From NCBI GenBank assembly GCA_965153285.1, contig OZ229112.1: a stretch of 64,000 nt of DNA; one strand, given 5' to 3'. The stretch is from Podarcis tiliguerta. Taxonomy: Eukaryota. Of this stretch, positions 40,301 through 52,300 are shown one piece after another (position 1 is the stretch's first letter; each line of letters opens with the position of its first letter). Position numbers and translations under genes: made by a program. A model generated the notes under the pieces. The model was not told the DNA's origin. It worked only from the letters and a program-made list of their open reading frames with translations, and searched no databases.

Positions 40301-43300
40301 TACCACATTTTAGTTCCCTATCGGCCTGGCTCAGATCATTCTATATCAGCATCTTGAACCAAAGTATGCATGAGCCTTGTTGCCCATACACTCTGTCCTT
40401 GCATTGCTCTTCCCTCCTCTCTTCTCTGCATGCTGCAATAATCCTTCAATTAGACATACTTTCCCACTACATCCAAACTGGGAAGCTATGGCTGCAATGT
40501 TCAGAACAAGCTAGGATCTTAAACCAACTTCAGACCATGGTTTAAGATCCTGGGTTGTTCTGAACATTGTAAACCATAGTTTCCCATTTTGGACGTAACA
40601 GGAAATTATGGTTAATTGAAGACTTATCGGCTTATTGCAATAAGTTAAAGAGGGAAGAGTCTCTGTGCATTGCCAGAAGGCTCATTCATATCTCAGATTA
40701 AGGCTAAACATGTTGCCCCAAATGCAAACATGTGTTTACATTCATGGATTGGGAGAAGTAGGCTTTAAGCCACTTGAATGAGCCTGAAAATTATGCTATA
40801 ATGGTGCAGAGATTTTCACCATGTGTACTAATATACGAAGCAACAGAGTGTACAATGAGTCCTTTAGATCACCAACGAATTTTGCTAAGGCTCCAGGATA
40901 TTTGGGAGGGGAGTCAGTTGTTTTTCTTTCTTTATTTCACATTTCAGTAAGTGATTGTTTACTTGTACATATTAAAGGGCCCTCAGACTTGGTGTGTGGT
41001 GTGTGCACTGTAACATTTGGAAAGAATGTTGTTTGAGCACCCCTTTCCAGATGCTTTCATAACTGGCACATTAATGCTTTAAAACCAAAACCAGTTATAA
41101 AACCAATATGGAGAGAGGAAATATGTGTTAAAAGGAAGTATGTCTGGAATGCATGTTACATTCAAAGAGCGGAGCTATGCTTTCAAACGACTTGCATAAG
41201 AACATGTGGACAGGCTATAAGAGACCTAAGGGATTTTGCAGCATTTCCAAATCACTAAATTGAAGGACCAGCATTTATGTACCTTCCTAAAACTTTTGAC
41301 AAAGTACAGCAGAAGTACAATTTTGCACACTTGTTCTCCTTAGACCAGTGGTGGCGAACCTATGGCATGCATGCCAGAGTGGGCACTCAGAACCCTCTCT
41401 GATGGCATGCACGCAAGATGGCATGCAGGGCTGTTACTGGGGGTTGGCAAAGGGACAGCCGCTCCCCCCATGCCAGTGCAGGTAGGAAACGCTCCCTAAG
41501 GTGCATGCCGCCCTCAGCAGCATCAGGGGAGTTGCGCGACAACAACCAGCTGGTTGGCAGACATTCAGCCCCCCCCCCCCCGCCAGTGTGGGCAGGAAAT
41601 GCTCCCTAGAGTGCACGCTGCCCACAGTAGCGTGGGGGAGAGTTGTGTGCTGGCCAACCAGCTCCCCCCTCCCCAACGCTGCAGTTTAAGACAGACAGGG
41701 CGCTGGGTAAGGAAGCATGGAGACAGTGGGTTGTGATAGTGTGGGTTTGGATCCGAAGCAGGTTTGGATTTTTATTTTGGCGGGGAGCGACAGCTCGGCT
41801 AGCCATCGATTAACAGAAGGGTCTGTCTCTTACCCTTGAGGACAAACAGCAGGCTCGGGCTGTGCTGCTGTTTTCAAGATCCAAGATGCAGAGCGGGGTT
41901 GGGGTGGAGAAGGAGCCTGCCCTCCCATGCCAGGGAGGGGAGCACTATGCTGGGCCATGCTTGTGCAAAGCAAAACACACGGAAGAGGGGGCAGCTTTGC
42001 AATGTGCCACATTGGGATGCTTGTGCCTGGCTTTTGCATAAGCCTGATTTCTCTGACTTTACCTCCTTTTTTTGAACTCAGAAGGAGGTTGCTCTTTCGC
42101 TTGTTCTGGAGAGCGCAGACCGGGTGGGGAAGAGGGAGAGCCAGTGAGAGGGTGGGCGAGGTGCAGAAGGAGTGAATGTCATGAAGAGGGGCTGGGAGAA
42201 GTGAAGGGGTGGAGGCGAGCTGCTCCTTGAAGACACCTCACAACAGGAGACCTTGCTGCCTGCACGCTGCAAAGCCAATGAGCCTCAGTTCTCCTTCCTG
42301 CCCACCCAATCCCCAACCCAACATAGTGGCTCCAGCTTCCCTGGTGAATGGCTCAGTCGCTTGCCAGCTGCGGGTTTCCCCGAGTCCCACGCTGAGTCCT
42401 CTGTCTGTCTGTCTGTCTGTTTCCTCTCTGCTTCTCTCTTGTTCCCCGATGCTCGGGAGAGAAGGGCCACAGAGAGAGTGAAAAACAGACAGACATCTAT
42501 ACACACCCACATGCAGGGAAAGTATCCTGAGAGCGCTCTGCCTAACAGCCTGCTTCGCAACACACACAAGTGCTGCGGCTGCTGGGTTGCCAGTAACAAA
42601 AAAGAGCAAATTATTATTATTATTATTAATAATAATAATAATAATAATAATATTTTATACCCCGTCCATCTGGCTGGGTTTATTTATTTATTTATATTTA
42701 TTTGTATGTGTGCATGAAGACAATCATTATTATCCCATATTAAATTGCCGTGTTGGCACTTTGCAATAAATAAGTGGGTTTTGGGTTGCAGTTTGGGCAC
42801 TCGGTCTCTAAAAGGTTTGCCACCACTGCCTTAGACCCTTGGAGGATGCCAGCTCCTGCCCCCACCATGCGAGGGGTTTTTTGTTTGTCCCCCCCCCAAC
42901 TCTAAACTGATACTTGTGCTAGTGAAGCTGCGTATTTGCAACTGAAAATTACCACATCATTAAAGTTGGGGAGACTATCCTTCTGGAAGGAGATGTGAGC
43001 TCTAGCATTGGGGAGGGGGAGTCTGCAGCCTTCAAGTTGTTGTTTTTTTAGGGTTTTTTTTAACAAATATAAAGTATTCGCAGAATTGCAGCATTATTAC
43101 TTTGAGTTCAAAGGATAGTCTTGCTGGTGCTGGCCAGTTATTGGTTTACTTTAAAATGCTGCGTGTTGGGGTAGTATAATGGAGTTCAGCCAGCATCTAA
43201 CGAAGTAAGAAAAATGAAACTTAAAAGAATAAAATAGACAGTAAAAACATTTACTAGAAAAGTGGAGACATGCCACTAATGGTTCAATAGCTACCTAATT

Positions 43301-46300
43301 AATGACACTCAAACCCTTGGCCATCCAATGAGGCTGAATGTTGGAAGATTCAGGGATGATAAAAGAAAGTTACCGTATTTTTCGCTCTATAAGATGCACC
43401 AGACCACAAGACGCACCTAGTTTTTGGAGGAGGAAAACAAGAAAAAAAATATTCTTAATCTCAGAAGCGAGAAAGCAGTGAAAGCAGCAATCCCTCTTGC
43501 TGTTCTGGCTTCTGGGATAGCTGCACAGCCTGCATTCGCTCCATAAGACGCACACACATTCCCCTTACTTTTTAGGAGGAAAAAAGTGAGTCTTATAGAG
43601 CAAAAAATACTGTACTTCTTCATGCAGCTCATAAACTGTGGAACTTACTCCCACAGGAGGCAGCAATAGTTTATCAACCTAAATGAATTTAAAAGAGGAT
43701 TGGACAAATTCATGGAGGAGAGGGCTGTTTAAGGCTGCTAGCCATGATGGCTGTGTCCTGCCTCCACAGTTGGAGGCACTAAGGATTATGAAAACCAGTT
43801 GCTGCAAACCACAGGAGGGGAGAGTGCTCTTGTACTTGAATTCTGCTTGTGGGTTTCCCGCAAGCACCTGGTTTGGCCACTGTAAGAGCAGGATGGCCTA
43901 GATGGGCCATTGCCCTAATCCAGTTTATTCTTACTTTCTTCTCACACTGGCTATAGAAATACACACAATGTGTGGGAGAATGGCACAAAATGCTAAAAAA
44001 ATTAGCACCCCTTGAAGAAGGGCATCCCTGAAGAAAGATTTCTGGATCCCTATTTGTTACATGATACAACACTTGCCTAGAAAAGCCCTTAGTGGCTATT
44101 CTAAGGGGCAGCTTTCCAGAAGGCAAGAGGGTGAAAAAGAAATTATGAAATAACAATAAAAGTCTGTTTTTCTGACTTATTCAGTGGTCATCACTGTAAT
44201 ATTTGTTCTGTGGATGTGTCCTCATAATGAGTTCTAATCCATATTTCGGTGGAAATATTCTTATCATTTTTGCAAGAAGAGATCAGTGAAGGTTTTAGTA
44301 TTGACAGTACAATTCCATGATACAATAGCTTCATGTATCACATGACTGATTTTTCTCCTTTGAAAAGATCTGAGAAACATCCATGTGGCTCTCAAGAATC
44401 AAACCTAGCAGCATTATACCCTTGTGCTCTGCCTCCCTCCCCTCCCCCACCAATCTCATTGCTACCTTTTGGGTTAATGCAGTTGCATTCAACTTGAAAA
44501 CAACCTTTTACTATATGCATAATGCAAAACTCTTTGGTGATTTTTCTACTAATGATTTAGGAGCTTATTGTGCGTGGCTAATTTTAACCCTCTTGGCTTG
44601 GAGCGCACCGTGCTGTTTAGAACTTGTAGGAAACCTTGAGCTTGATTTCCTGTCTTCCTGCACAGTTTGGTGACTCCCAGCAACTCCGTCTTGTCCGCAT
44701 TCTGCGGAGCACTGTTATGGTTCGAGTTGGAGGCGGATGGATGGCACTTGATGAGTTCTTAGTGAAAAATGATCCTTGCAGAGGTATGTAGGAAGACTTC
44801 TTTACATATGACTATTAAACTCATTAATAGTGTGTATACAACTGCTGTCATGGATTAACTAGGGTGGTAAGGTTAGAAGGATGAAATGTAAACTGTATAA
44901 ATTCCTGGTTTAGTTAAACACTGATTCACTTACGATGCCCTACTTATATATGGTACATCTTACTATTTTTAAGGACTACCTACTGAAGATACGTAGATCA
45001 GAGCTTTCCAAACTCTGTGTCGCAACACGTTAGTGTTGGCTGCAGTGTGTAGGTGTGCCACACGAATGCTCCCCACGCTCCTCCCAGAGCTAGAAAGGGG
45101 TTAGTTTAACCTCTGGTTTGCTAGTAAAACTGAATTACTGTGTCGTGAAATGATGCAAAACTGAATTACTATCCTGAAATGATGCATGTCTAAAAAGTGT
45201 GGCACAAACATGAAAAGTTTGGAAAGCTTCTGTATACTCTGGCTATGCATTGCATTCACCATGTGAGAGCTTGACTTAAAAGGAATTTCTTTGGCTCTCT
45301 CACACCAACAGAATGAAAAGCTGTCAGGAACACAGAAACCACACATACAGGAAAGGAGGAAGTTCTGGCTTCCCTTCCCTGTCCATTGGTTATCTCCCCT
45401 TTTCTCTGTTGTTAGCTAATTTTTCCTCAGAGTTGGGAGGGGGGAAGAGCAGAAACTGTGGTGGGACCACTCTTATGGTGAGTGTAACATGTAGCCTGGC
45501 TCATGGTGAACAGCTGAAGGGGGAAATGGCTCACTGGTTTATGGCCTAGGTCTTCCAAGAATTCTATTCTATTGAGCCCAGATTTGTAAGCAGATTTAAC
45601 TGTGGCATCTTAACAGCCTTATAAGCCTAAAACCTGATTCACAGAAGGTAGCCTGGGTTTAGTTGAAATCATTTCTGGGTCCTAGGTCTGCCTGCTGTGT
45701 GTGTTGATAGAATGCAGTTGGCATGGGAGTGGTTGGGCTAGGCTCACCAAGAGGTGAAGTGAAGCAATCACTTTGGGGGGCAAAATTCCAGAAGTTCAGT
45801 GGAAATGGTAAGTAAAATAGTGACTACTTGCTAATCCCAGAGGGAATAATATAAAGGGCATCACCCAGTTTTATGTTGTGAATGTACAAAGGAATGTTAA
45901 GATGGGGTGGTGAACGTAATGCTCTATTTCTCAAAAATGAAAAGTAGCTACAGAAAACATTATTGGGCATATATTAGATTATTTTTCTCTGTAGTTAAAA
46001 CTGTGAATTCTATACGTAATGCTGCAAGTTCAGACTGAAATGTAAACATTGTGGTGGTATACAGCTTCTTAGGGCTATATATTTCTTTTTCCTTAATCAG
46101 GCTAATGCTTACTTATCCAGCCACAATTTTATCAGATACAATTGAAACTACAACTTAAAATTCCTGCTGTTTAGTAAAGGATCATATGACTGGATGTTAC
46201 CTGTAGTGTTGAGAAAAAGGGTGAACTGTGCCTCTGGTGGAAAACTTGCTTCAATTCTGTTTTAATTATGTTATGCTTGAGTCACATTTTACATTCCTGC

Positions 46301-49300
46301 TGTACAGGAATAAATGAGATAGTTACACAGCCTGCATTGATAATCCCCCTGATTCCATCATCCCATCTCATACTCTACTCTGAAGAATCTTAACAGAACA
46401 AAAGTGGAATGCAGCATTCTGACTGAATGTAATTGACTCCTATAATAACACATTAGATGTTCTATTTTATTCTTACATTGTGAGATGCCTACAATCCACC
46501 CATGTTCCACCTAAGTCAGGTGAACAGTACTTGATTTGACATATTTATTGTTGCTGCTTTTAAAAAACAACAACAGCTGGTATCTCCAGCTGATTGTCAC
46601 CAAGCTTCCCATTACAGGAATTGGTTTCTTCAACACCAGTGTATACAAATATGGAAGATCTCTGAATTTCCAAAAACTATTATGATATTTACCCACCCAC
46701 ACATGTGATGGCTGCTACTGTAGTTTATGCCTTTCCCTTCCTCCTCCAGTACAACTACGAGGAAGCATTAACTTCTGTTTTAAATTAACCACAGCTTTTT
46801 ATCATCTGGATCTGGACAAAATGTGGTTAATCTTAACCACTTATTTAAACAAACCAACTTCAGACCATAGTTTAGGAAGATGACTTGTTTCAATAAACCA
46901 TAGTTAAGGTTAATTTGGACATCTAGGTTTGGACATCATGCAAAACTGTAGTTACTTAAAGTGAAAGCAGAAGCTTCTTATCCTTTTTCACGGCCACACC
47001 AGAGGAGGACAAGGCAGGGGAGAAGTCAAGAGCTCACTACAGCTCATCACTAACATAAACCATGGTTTAGCGTTATGTGTAAATTGAGTCAATATGGAGA
47101 GATTATTTTTTTCTGAAACAGATTTTCAGCAAGGAAAGTTCATTTGTGATTTTCAGTATTACTGAATATGAGTCTGAATTTTTTTGTTTTCCATTTGTGG
47201 GGTACTTCACCTACAAAATCCCTTTCAAAGGGCAACATAATTTCAGAGATAAACCTGCCTCAAAAGGATGGAACGTAAGATTGCATTCTTCATCAAATCT
47301 GTCATGGAAACACTAGCTCTTATGTGGAAACTGTAAATCATATGCAAACCTGTTGGGTGTCTTAATGGTGACTAGGTTTCATTCTATTAAAGCACTGTGT
47401 GATGTGTTGTGTCCTCATTTCATGCAACCTTAAGAAGTATGAAGATAGAACCTCCCTTTTTGAAGATGGCAACGAAACCACTTGCTTTCTTTTTTTTACC
47501 TACATGATGACATTGGGACTGTCTGCAGCTGAGCTTACACCAAGAGTGGTTTCTTTTGCTGAAGAAAACTCCATGGCCTTGCTTAGGAACACTTTGCGAG
47601 AACTTTTAATCACTTAAGATCTGTCCTTGGCCTGCAGCTTTGAATCTTCTTGCATATGCAACTGCTGTAATTGATTTCTTCTCCTGCTAACAATTTTCTT
47701 TTAATATGACCCATATCCTGTGTCATTTTTTCTAGTTCATCATCATGGGAGTAAAATGTTACGTTCGGAATCAAACTCTTCAATTACCACTCAGCCTACT
47801 ATAGGTTGGCAAACCCCTCTCTTTGTCTCTCCTGTTCTTAATGTTCTTTTCCATTTCCTACCCACTCTGCTTTGATATATACAAATATATATTTAACACA
47901 ATGCTTCACGTTTCACATTTTTTAGCCTTAACACTTATTGCACTGGCTGGTGCTTGAGAGCTTGCTTCTAAATTTCCTTTGACACGCTCGGAAAGAGTGT
48001 TTCAAAAGCAATTGCCATTAAGACAGAGAAAACCAAATGCTAACCTGTTCACGCATCTGAACCTTGTGGGAAGTTCTCACCTTTGCCTCTTTACCTGCGT
48101 TTGTCTGTGCCCAGCATCCCATCACTTCTTTACAGTTTGGGAGTTTCTGTTTGTCATTGCATGTTGCCCAACTGCATTACTATATAGCTTAGAATTAATA
48201 TGGTTTTATGCTTTTCTCTCCATGTTTACTCATCGTAGCCAGCATCTGTTTCTGAATCATCCAAACAGTGGTAGCATTAGTCAAATGGGTCTTCAGGTTG
48301 AGTCTGTGCATTGGTAACCAAATAGCATGTTGAGCCATTCCATTATCATGCTGATTTATGTTGACAGCAGTTCATCTCTGCTAGCATAAAACGTTAGATG
48401 CGCAGTTCATCTTTTGCTAGCGTAAAATGTTAGATGCGCATATTCTGCAAATGAACTTTTTTTGTCTCAAACAAATGCATTACTCACTAATGTGTTTGAA
48501 TTGTTTGGCCTGTTTGTTTAGCTCTAGCAAAGCCAGCGATATGGACAGGCAGCCGGGGAAATAATCAGACTTCTCAATTTCTCTCTTTCGCATCCTCTAG
48601 CTAAGGGGAGGACGAACATGGAGCTACGTGAGAAATTCATTTTGGCAGACGGAGCTAGCCAAAGCATGGCTGCCTTCCGACAAAGGGGACGCAGATCACG
48701 ACCTTCTTCAAGGGGTGCTTCACCCAACAGATCCATGTCTGTGTCAAATCCACCTGCCCAAGGAGCTCCAACATCAGCTCTTGCTGCCAGCACACCCAAG
48801 GTATGACTGGAGTGGTGCAGATGAAATTGAATGCAGTTAATAAAATCAGGCCAAGCTTGCTACAGTTCGCCGTAATGCTACCCTAAAACAAATAGGGGAG
48901 ATATTGGTTATTTTATTTTTCAAAGAAAGCTAACAAAAGTTTTTTATCGTTTCCTCCCTTACAATCGCAGCGGTCGTGCAAGCCTGGGAAAAAACATGTA
49001 AGCTAATTAGAAAAGTGGAAAAAAACAATAATGAAAAAACCATTAACCCACCATTGCATTTTAAAAAGCACACATACATTCTCTTTTGTATAGAATGCTT
49101 GTCAACTGTTCCTGCTTTGTTTTGGTGTCATTTTGTTTTTGACTTTTACTGTGAGATTCAGTATTCATAATCTGAATATTCCTCTCCATGACATTGTTTT
49201 CCATCGCCTGTTCTTCACCCTTGTGATTTGCCATTGTTCCATACAGACACCCCATCATTTAACACGCAACTATGGTAAACCATGGTTGATAAACAGCAAA

Positions 49301-52300
49301 ACATCATCTCCTTGTAAACCTCCAGAGTGCTCTGAATATCAAGTGTCATCCACAGAGGTACAGTAATGGATGGATATTCTAGTCTAACATTCACTAAAAC
49401 TATCCTGTTAGCTAACATTCACTACAGTTCCTTGCCCAGCTATGCTGTACCTTCCTTACATATTAATGCACTCCGTTTGTTTTCAATCTTCTATCCAGCA
49501 ATTTTACTTTCTCTCTTTTTAAATCTATAAATTGATCAGTCATTTGAGTTTGTTTGGGTCTTGATGAGCATGTCTTTAAATTCTATATAACGATGGTCAA
49601 ACTAGGAATCAGCTCTGTACATGTGGAGTCTAGGATATTTATAACTGAAATCATCTAGTTTGCTCTAGATAAGCGGTTAGATAAATATGAGATCCTGGTG
49701 CATTACCATTCTGCCTAATGAAAAGTTATGTGAAATGCAAGAAGTTTCAGATTCCTGCACTAACATTAAGTCAGTCCAATATTATTTTACCTAATAGTAT
49801 GCCATTGGTGTTCTGGCTCTGTTTGACCCCATTTATTACTTAGGCCTCTCAGAGCTAAGCACACCAAAATCAATAAACTAAAACACTTTCTATTCCATGC
49901 TGAACTATGGCCTCAGTTTAGTTTCAAGCCCATCCCTTCCCAACAGCTCAGAGCAAGAAATGGCATTAAAATAGAAACTATAAATACTATGCTTAGGAAA
50001 CCTAGATAAAATTGTGAGATTGCATTGCAACTATCCCATATCTGCTTTACTCTGGCCATTAAAAATGAGTGAAAATAAAAATATCTTAGAGTGTATCTGG
50101 CTCGGTCCTCCAAGAGAAAGAAGTTCCATATATCTCAAGGAGCCACCAAGAATGTCTCACTTCGTGCCCTCATGGTACAAACACGCATTAAAATTAATTA
50201 TCTGGTGATTGTGGAACACTGCGTAGGTGGCAGCCACCAGAATATTTAGGATCTGAAGTATCATTAAGTGCCAATCCTGGGGAAACAACCCAAGCTATAA
50301 TTTCTCAGTTCTCATAGGGAAATGGTTGTTTGTTTAGAACAAGGGAATATTGAGAACTGAAATGCATAAAAGATTGAAAGAGTCTACTATGGATTAAGGA
50401 GCCAAAGATTAAATCAGTAGACTGTCTCCTGCTGACATAATACTGCTGTCTTCTCACATAATACAAAATTATATTAGAGTATGCAGTACATCGATGGTTA
50501 GCGCTGAGAAGAATGTGTTATTACTGCTCTTGCTTGTGGCGGCTACCACTTCTGCTACTTTCCCTCCAGCTTTTTCTACAACTAACTTCTGAGATTTTTG
50601 TATGGCTTTGCTTACTAGGTTGCGAAACACCTACTTAGCTATCCTTCCCATAAAATACATTTATTACATGTACAGAATTATTACTCCTAAATATCCACAG
50701 GATTTAAAACACAATATAGAATATGAATTTCTGACAGTTTCTAATATTATGCTTTCTTTTTCTCCATACTTAAGCAGATAGCATAGCCTCAATGTAAACT
50801 TCCTATTTGCATTTAGCTATTAGCAGCAAACCAAAGAAGTGTCAGTGCAGCAATTTAATTGTCCTCCCTGGTCAGAATTAATTCCATATTGCCTTGATGA
50901 CTAAACAGTGATCCTTCAGACTAGTCACACTGGTGCATTTTTCAGAAGCATAGGCATGTTACACATTGTTGCAGAAAAAATAGCAAAATGTCTTGTCATA
51001 GAGTAAACTCATGATTTTGTAGTTTAGAGTTGACTTCATCAGATACATGAAGTGTGATCCTAAGTTGGCAGGTATATTACATCTTGACATGTAAATATAA
51101 AAAGCCATTATTTTTGTTTGTTTGTTTGTTTGTTTGTTTGTATGTTCATTTATACAATGTCATCAGTGTACAAAGCACCTTACCAAGTTATGTAAGCAAA
51201 ACTAGACAGGTTCTTGCTCTCAAGAAGCTTATAAACTAAAAATTGATAACTGGGAAACATTGAGGGAGGGAAGGAAGAGATACAGTGACAGGTAAAGTGC
51301 TTTACATACTAGATATTATTACCATTTGGTTCCCTTTCCAACTCATTAACTAAATATTCCTATGTCATCACTTTTTGGAATAGCTTTTTCTTTGCCATGC
51401 ATGTTCCGAAGAAGGTGATATGGATGGAGTCCTAAATTCAGCTCTTGTTTGTTGTAGAACATAATGGGTTTGTTTCATTCAGATCTCCTTGTGTCCTACA
51501 GGGGACTCCAATACAAGGGAGTAAACTTAGATTGCCAGGATATCTGTCTGGGAAGGGTTTCCATTCTGGAGAAGACAGCAGCCTCATTTCAACAGCAGCT
51601 ACAAGAGTCAGGGCACATTTTGCAGGTGAGCACTGGAGAGCTTGGAATAAATGTATCTGGGATGCTAGTACCTAATACATAGAGTCAAAAGTAGACTACT
51701 GCATGTACACACATTGCGTTGGATCTGCTTCTCTGGGAGGCTGAAATGTGGCAGATCCTGCTTTGAATCAAGGCCTTGGTACTGATGAAATTCTGATTCA
51801 CTGAAGGTGGGATGTAAAATTGGAACTGCATATTGATATCATGTCTAACTTGTGAGTTTCATGATAGCAGAGCAGAAGGAGCTAGAGTGAAAAGTTCCAC
51901 TTGTGATACAAAGCACTTTAAAAGGGAAATAGTTGGCATTGAAAACAGTAGATTGCTCTGACTCGTATCCACCAGCTGCACATAACAGAGGGGCTCTGAT
52001 GTATCCATGTAGGATTGAAACAGGGCATACTTGATGTGCCCAGTGGGTAGCATCCAGAACGTCCCTGCTGAATGTGACAAAAGGACCATCCAGTCCAGCA
52101 TCATGTTTTCATGATGGCCAATCAGGATGGGAAGCCCACAATCAGGATGTGAGTGTAGCAGCAGCCTCCTTACCAGTGAAACCCAACCACTAGTGTTCAG
52201 AGATAGAAGCTGCCATGACCAGTAGCCACGGTTAGCTTTATCCTCTGGTTTGTAATGAAAGAGCAGCACTAGCTTGAGTAGATTTCTGGATGCCCATAAT

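Noticed and set aside
41418-42769. Dense cluster of overlapping ORFs of 60-154 aa
   Set aside because: All lie inside the GC-rich hAT element; they are low-complexity and have no transposase motifs.
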